IMG/VR virus record: IMGVR_UViG_2654587569_000010
Source of the DNA: a virus
Lineage: Duplodnaviria > Heunggongvirae > Uroviricota > Caudoviricetes
Length of the DNA: 43,250 bases
Reading direction: 5' to 3' (one strand)
Positions within the stretch are counted from its first letter, which is position 1. Every line of letters starts with the position of its first letter. Of this stretch, positions 38,608 to 43,250 are shown in pieces. The notes beneath the pieces were generated by a model, which worked only from the letters and a program-made list of their open reading frames with translations, was not told the DNA's origin and did no database searches. A program made the translations under genes and the position numbers.

Positions 38608-39230
38608 CCACTATTACCAAAGAACGTATCGAATTATTCATTAAAAATCCGCTTGATAACGGGCTTACTCGTGGCGAACAAATGGAACTGGCACGAATTG
38701 CACTGGCATTACTGGAACGCGAACAGATTCGCCACGAGCATGCCAAATGGTCTGACTCCACATTTGGCTGCGTTGGCCCCATTGGTCCACTGAAACACCT
38801 CTCAAAAGAGGCTCTGGAAGCCGCAGCCGAACCTGACGATCTCAGCGAGTGGGCTGATATGCAGTTCCTGTTGTGGGATGCACAGCGCCGTGCTGGTATC
38901 AGTGATGCTGAAATTACCGCTGCTATGGAAAATAAATTGAAGATCAACATGGAGCGCCAGTGGCCTGAACCAAAAGATGGTGAGCCTCGCTTGCACATTA
39001 AAGAACCCGGCAACTCTCCGGTAACTCCGGATGGTTGGATAAGCTGTAGTGAGCGAATGCCAAGCGAAGAAGATGTTTTGGTTTATTGCTCAGACACAAA
39101 AGAGCAGATGGTAGGGTTTCACAAAGGTAAAGGGTTATTTCAATTCTTTTACATGAATGGTGTTGAGGGGGTATGTGAGCCGTCACACTGGATGCCGCTA
39201 CCAGAACCGCCGCAGCAGGATGGCAAATGA
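38604..39230 (+). CDS. DUF550/DUF551-type prophage protein
   Basis: C-terminal PDGWISCSERMPSEEDVLVY...HWMPLPEPP recalled as DUF551; N-terminus DUF550-like. Confidence 0.5.
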   Translation: MTTITKERIELFIKNPLDNGLTRGEQMELARIALALLEREQIRHEHAKWSDSTFGCVGPIGPLKHLSKEALEAAAEPDDLSEWADMQFLLWDAQRRAGISDAEITAAMENKLKINMERQWPEPKDGEPRLHIKEPGNSPVTPDGWISCSERMPSEEDVLVYCSDTKEQMVGFHKGKGLFQFFYMNGVEGVCEPSHWMPLPEPPQQDGK

Positions 39231-39404
39231 TGCCGCCAGTTAAAGTTGTGATTATCACTTTGGTGATGATAGTGATTGCGAGAATCATGTCTGGTGAAAT
39301 TGGGTGGATATGGTAATGGCTAAGGCAGCAGCAGAGCGCAACTAACAATCCTCGCACTCTCGGGGATTTCTTTTATCTGAACTCGCTACGGCGGGTTTTG
39401 TTTT

Positions 39405-39716
39405 ATGGAGATGATTATGGCCTGTTCAACATTCAACCCTCTAACGTTACAGAAATACCAGCCAGACCCTGAAGATTTATGCTCACTGTGTGGCGGAAAT
39501 CATGGCAAAGCCGCCATGATCGAATGTAAGGACAAAATCCACATTTGCCTTAATTGCGTTGATGTCCTCGTTGATATCAAAAATGAAAGAGAAGATAAAA
39601 AGCGTAGCGAGGCTATTCGCGCCTTAGATTCATGGATGCGAGATGGGTATAGTGCTGCGCAAATTTATGACTTAGCCATTTCAAAAGGCGAAATACCAGG
39701 TGTGCGAATCGAATAA
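39405..39716 (+). CDS. hypothetical Cys-rich protein
   Basis: ORF track; CSLCGGNHG...CLNC pattern; true start may be ATG at 39417. Confidence 0.4.
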   Translation: MEMIMACSTFNPLTLQKYQPDPEDLCSLCGGNHGKAAMIECKDKIHICLNCVDVLVDIKNEREDKKRSEAIRALDSWMRDGYSAAQIYDLAISKGEIPGVRIE

Positions 39717-39751
39717 GAAGCGCACTCAAGCATCTTTTGGAGAAATCACAA

Positions 39752-39919
39752 ATGCACTTCCGAGTCACAGGTGAATGGAATGGAGAGCCATTCGACAGGG
39801 TTATCGAAGCAGAGGACATCAACGACTGCTATAACCACTGGATGATATGGGCGCAGATAGCACATGCAGACGTAACCAATATTCGAATTGAAGAACTGAA
39901 AGAACACCAAGCCGCCTGA
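39752..39919 (+). CDS. hypothetical protein (55 aa)
   Basis: Track ORF trimmed to ATG with GGAG SD; stop lies in hairpin GCCGCC-TGAT-GGCGG-TTTTTT. Confidence 0.35.
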   Translation: MHFRVTGEWNGEPFDRVIEAEDINDCYNHWMIWAQIAHADVTNIRIEELKEHQAA

Positions 39920-39945
39920 TGGCGGTTTTTTATTGGAGACAAGAA

Positions 39946-40290
39946 ATGTCAGATTTGGCTATGAAGGTTTTGAAATGGCAATCAACTGGCGATGTCGGCA
40001 TCAGTAGCGCAACTCTTGCCTCAATCGCATGTGGCCTGAAAAAGAATATCTATGGTCATCACTTCGGCGCTCCCCATGACGCAGCAGACTTTCGGCGATG
40101 CGTTGCACTTGTTGAGCAGATTCCAGAAATCAGAGATTCATTCGACAAGGTTGCAAAGCGCGTTCCGGCATTCAAAGGAATCCTCAACGAATGGGATTCA
40201 CTCGTTGCTCTGTTGAAGTCTGAAATGAAGACGTACGGGAACAAAGCACCAGAGACTTACAGAAGAATCAGCGAGCTACGCAAGGATTAA
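39946..40290 (+). CDS. hypothetical protein (114 aa)
   Basis: Track ORF trimmed to ATG with GGAG SD. Confidence 0.45.
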   Translation: MSDLAMKVLKWQSTGDVGISSATLASIACGLKKNIYGHHFGAPHDAADFRRCVALVEQIPEIRDSFDKVAKRVPAFKGILNEWDSLVALLKSEMKTYGNKAPETYRRISELRKD

Positions 40291-40347
40291 CCCGCCTCAC
40301 ACTCGATGAGGCATTTTCATTTATCAAGATATCCAGACCTACCATCG

Positions 40348-40368
40348 CCGCATCAATGCGGTTTTTTT
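40348..40368 (+). terminator. rho-independent terminator at end of the leftward-operon equivalent
   Basis: CCGCA-TCAA-TGCGG hairpin followed by seven T. Confidence 0.5.
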
Positions 40369-40413
40369 ATTACCTGATTTGCAGGTTCGATTCCCTATTC
40401 GGAGATAGCACTC

Positions 40414-40614
40414 ATGCAACACGAACTACAGCCTGATTCCCTGGTTGATTTGAAATTCATCATGGCTGATACTGGCTTTGGTAAAACCTTCATCTACGAC
40501 CGGATTAAGTCCGGCGACCTGCCAAAAGCCAAAGTTATCCACGGGCGAGCAAGATGGTTATATCGTGACCATTGTGAATTCAAAAATAAGCTCTTAAGCC
40601 GCGCCAATGGGTAA
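40414..40614 (+). CDS. torI: excisionase / recombination directionality factor, TorI-like
   Basis: 66 aa; MQHELQPDSLVDLKFIMADTGFGKTFIYDRIKSGDLPKAKVIHGRARW recalled as E. coli TorI, the KplE1 prophage RDF. Confidence 0.7.
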   Translation: MQHELQPDSLVDLKFIMADTGFGKTFIYDRIKSGDLPKAKVIHGRARWLYRDHCEFKNKLLSRANG

Positions 40615-40682
40615 AATAGCGGGTAAAATATTTCTCACACCTAAAAAACACCATTCCAATCAATCCCCTGCCGCTTCAAGTA

Positions 40683-40702
40683 GATGTCTGCAGGGGACAC
40701 CA
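40683..40702 (+). other. att core-like sequence identical to the 3' end of tRNA-Arg (argW-type); proposed right prophage junction
   Basis: CTGCAGGGGACACCA matches the recalled argW 3' end; a related 16-nt T-loop-type fragment TTGCAGGTTCGATTCC lies at 40379..40394. Confidence 0.5.
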
Positions 40703-40866
40703 TCCCGCCGTACACTAACGTCTACCATTGTCTATAAACCCCATGTAACCATATAAAAATAAAGAGATTTTATTCTCATGACGTCCATTGCCGTCTATTG
40801 AAATCAAGTAAATCTATGGGGCATAATTGGGGGCATTGCTGGTTCGATTGTAAATGTGCCCCCAAT

Positions 40867-42153
40867 ATGTCCAGAAATACCCTCAACAAATTAACAGACC
40901 GTCAGTGCAAAGCAGCTAAGCCACGAGACAAAACTTATAAATTGTCTGATGGTGGTGGTCTTTATCTTGAAGTATCCCAGACCGGGTCGAAGTATTGGCG
41001 AATGAAGTATCGCCGCCCATCAGATAAGAAAGAAGACAGACTTGCTTTTGGTGTATATCCAACCATTAGCTTACAAGACGCCAGAGAAAAACGAGACAAC
41101 GCCAAAAAGTTGTTAGTCAAGGGGATAGATCCCAAAGCAGAGCAAAGAGCAGCAAAAGCAGAAGAAAAAGGTGCATTCACTTTTGAGACAATAGGACGTC
41201 AATGGGTTGAAAGCCACCAGATGTGGAACGAAGCCCACCGAAAACGCGTACTTAGAAGCCTTGAAATGTATATTTTCCCTCACATTGGCACTTCGGATAT
41301 TCGCAAACTGGAGGCGATGACAATTTTACCTTTGTTTAAGAAGGTAGATGACGCCGGGAAACACGATACAGCCAACCGACTTAAACAACGAGTTAAGGAC
41401 ATCATACATAGCGCCCGTCTGAGCGGCATTAAGACAGAAATCATCACGAATGATCTCGATGTCCGGTTAATGCAATATGAAACTAAGCATCATGCCGCAC
41501 TACATCCCAGAGATTTACCAGACTTTTTCACTCGATTGGGCAGCTTTAAAGGTAATCCTCTTACCCGCCTTGCCATTGAGCTAACCATGTTGACCTTTGT
41601 TCGTTCAAGCGAGTTAAGGTTTGCCCGTTGGAAAGAGTTTGACCTTGATCGGGCTGAGTGGATTATCCCTAAAAAAAGAGAGCCTATCGATGGTGTGAGG
41701 TTTTCCACCCGTGGCACAAAGACGGGAAAAGACGAACATATCGTGCTTCTTAGCCGTCAGGCTGTTTCTATTGTAAAGCAGTTGAGAGAACTAAGCGGAA
41801 GCTACGATGTTGTGTTTCCGAATGAAAGAAACACCAAAGGCGTGATGAGTGAAAACACGGTAAACAAGGCATTACGCTTAATGGGCTATAACACGCAAGA
41901 GGACGTAACTGGACATGGATTCCGTGCCACAGCCTGTAGTTCCCTGATGGAGTCCGGTTTGTGGCAGGAGGACGCAGTAGAGCGCCAGATGAGCCACAAA
42001 GAATATAAAGACGTTAAAAGAGCCTACAAGCACAAGGCTGATTACTTAGAAGAGCGCAAACTAATGCTTCAATGGTGGGCAGATTATCTGGACGCCAATC
42101 GAGAAATACACATAAGCCCTTACGAGTTCGGAAGGAGAACACGCCGTGACTAA
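40867..42153 (+). CDS. int: tyrosine integrase, P4 type (second copy, divergent from 1..1158)
   Basis: MSRNTLNKLTDRQCKAAKPRDKTYKLSDGGGLYLEV P4-type N-terminus; C-terminal HGFRAT...MSH...AYKHKADY retains R, H and Y; track ORF 40798.. has a TTG-extended N-terminus. Confidence 0.8.
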   Translation: MSRNTLNKLTDRQCKAAKPRDKTYKLSDGGGLYLEVSQTGSKYWRMKYRRPSDKKEDRLAFGVYPTISLQDAREKRDNAKKLLVKGIDPKAEQRAAKAEEKGAFTFETIGRQWVESHQMWNEAHRKRVLRSLEMYIFPHIGTSDIRKLEAMTILPLFKKVDDAGKHDTANRLKQRVKDIIHSARLSGIKTEIITNDLDVRLMQYETKHHAALHPRDLPDFFTRLGSFKGNPLTRLAIELTMLTFVRSSELRFARWKEFDLDRAEWIIPKKREPIDGVRFSTRGTKTGKDEHIVLLSRQAVSIVKQLRELSGSYDVVFPNERNTKGVMSENTVNKALRLMGYNTQEDVTGHGFRATACSSLMESGLWQEDAVERQMSHKEYKDVKRAYKHKADYLEERKLMLQWWADYLDANREIHISPYEFGRRTRRD

Positions 42154-42901
42154 GATGACAGGACTAGATGCGTTTTATAACGAGTCAGAAGATAAAATCT
42201 GGTTTGGTAATCTGATCAGCGAACTGGCAAGACTAAACAATGAAAATGAAAGAATGATAGCTGCCGCTATCTTAAGTAACTACAGATTGAGCAAGACTAA
42301 ACCAGATACTTTAGGGGGGCTGGGCTTTTATCAGTTCGATTGGGTATCTGGTTTTACGACAAATGAAGACTTTGAAAAGCAGTGTGTGGAGTTTTTAGGT
42401 CTTCTGGCTATGGGGCATGAATACAGGGAGAGCCCGATACCGGGGGAAGAAGGGACTTTCAACGTTAGGAAAGGAGAAGACTTTTTATATCACGATGATG
42501 AGGATGATTGGTATGGGTCTTACGATTCGTTTTATTTCAAGCGATCCGAGGTTGTGAACTTCTTCCCAGAACTGGATATGAATGTTCCAGATAACGAACC
42601 AGAAATTGGAGCACTGTCAAAAAAAGTAGAAAGAGAACAAAACTGGAGAGGAAAAGATACGGCTTTAAAGATGATCGCCGGAATGGCGATTGCCTTATTT
42701 GAATCAAGCAAAGATTTCCATAGTGGAGGAAACCTTAGTATCAATAGGGTTAGTGCCCAAGTAATAGAAAACAACATAATATTCGGGAACGATGAAGACA
42801 GCGATACCCACCCAGATACATTTCGGAGATTGCTAACGAACGCTTTGGATAAGTACGCCCCCAAATTTAAGAACAAAGCAACCAAAAAGCGTCCAAAATA
42901 A
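42146..42901 (+). CDS. hypothetical acidic protein (251 aa), translationally coupled to integrase
   Basis: GTG start with GGAG SD 8 nt upstream, overlapping int stop; no recognisable domain; no TM segments. Confidence 0.5.
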   Translation: MTKMTGLDAFYNESEDKIWFGNLISELARLNNENERMIAAAILSNYRLSKTKPDTLGGLGFYQFDWVSGFTTNEDFEKQCVEFLGLLAMGHEYRESPIPGEEGTFNVRKGEDFLYHDDEDDWYGSYDSFYFKRSEVVNFFPELDMNVPDNEPEIGALSKKVEREQNWRGKDTALKMIAGMAIALFESSKDFHSGGNLSINRVSAQVIENNIIFGNDEDSDTHPDTFRRLLTNALDKYAPKFKNKATKKRPK

Positions 42902-43058
42902 AGGAAGGATGTTCCCAAATTGTGCGTTAGAACTAAAAAATAACGCCCAATTTGGGGTAATTCTATTCCCAAAAATTTTTTCTCCAAATTCACAGAAAAC
43001 TTAAAAAAAACAATGATTTACTATCTCACATAGTCAAGCAACGTATTACGAGGTAGAT

Positions 43059-43250
43059 ATGAAAAAGTCGCTGATTCGGCTATCTGAGGTTTTGAAACGC
43101 ACTGGCTATAGCAAGGCGTGGGTATATGCTCTGATGAGCCGAGGACAATTCCCCCAATCAGTCAAGATTGGTGCTCGCGCAATAGCTTTTATTGAAAGCG
43201 AGATCGATGACTGGATCGATCAACGTATAGCCGAATCGCGTAGCAACTAA
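43059..43250 (+). CDS. alpA: AlpA-family transcriptional regulator / excisionase
   Basis: 63 aa; LIRLSEVLKRTGYSKAWVYALMSRGQFPQSVKIGARAIAFIESEIDDWI fits AlpA HTH; GAGGTAG SD. Confidence 0.75.
   Translation: MKKSLIRLSEVLKRTGYSKAWVYALMSRGQFPQSVKIGARAIAFIESEIDDWIDQRIAESRSN

Larger units (their letters stand above)
1..40702. mobile_element. P22/Sf6-like temperate prophage with lambda-like Q-lysis-nin module; left att lies before window start, right att core about 40683..40702
   Basis: Contiguous, syntenic P22-type module order from tailspike through portal/terminase, lambda-type lysis and Q, replication, cI/cro/N, erf, then excisionase next to a tRNA-3'-end-like core; integrase at the opposite end. 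Confidence 0.8.
40683..43250 (+). mobile_element. 5' end of a second integrative element (att - int - orf - alpA), PICI/satellite- or island-like, truncated by the window
   Basis: tRNA-3'-end-like core about 165 bp upstream of a second P4-type integrase, then a coupled ORF and an AlpA regulator. Confidence 0.45.

Noticed and set aside
1-43250. Possibility that the window is a complete circular phage genome linearised at the integrase
   Set aside because: The tRNA-3'-end-like core sits between the excisionase and a second integrase, and an IntS-type integrase (att expected upstream of int) opens the window; tandem chromosomal elements fit better than one phage with two integrase modules. Not excluded without flanking sequence.
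1-43250. CRISPR arrays or other long direct-repeat arrays
   Set aside because: No repeat-spacer periodicity seen; the only exact tandem repeat is the 24-bp unit inside the initiator gene.

Overview
The window is almost entirely one temperate P22/Sf6-like prophage with a lambda-like Q-lysis-nin module (about 1..40702), followed by the start of a second integrative element (40683..43250). Gene order, left to right: IntS-type integrase (+); tailspike, an immI-like antirepressor region and the P22-type ejection, tail, head, portal and terminase genes (all -); Rha; lambda-like Rz/Rz1, R and S; two tRNAs; a degenerate HNH gene between pR' and tR'; Q; nin region with a Dam methylase; primase-helicase and O-like initiator; cII, cro (-); cI, N, cIII, kil, erf, SSB-like and Ea22-like accessory genes (+); TorI-like excisionase; an argW-3'-end-like att core; then a second P4-type integrase, a coupled unknown ORF and AlpA. 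I read this as chromosomal DNA with two tandem elements at an argW-type site rather than a circular phage genome, but that rests on my recollection of argW, IntS and TorI and needs a database check. Protein identities come from reading the ORF-track translations against remembered family sequences; no searches were run. Coordinates of non-ORF features are hand-indexed and may be off by a few bases.
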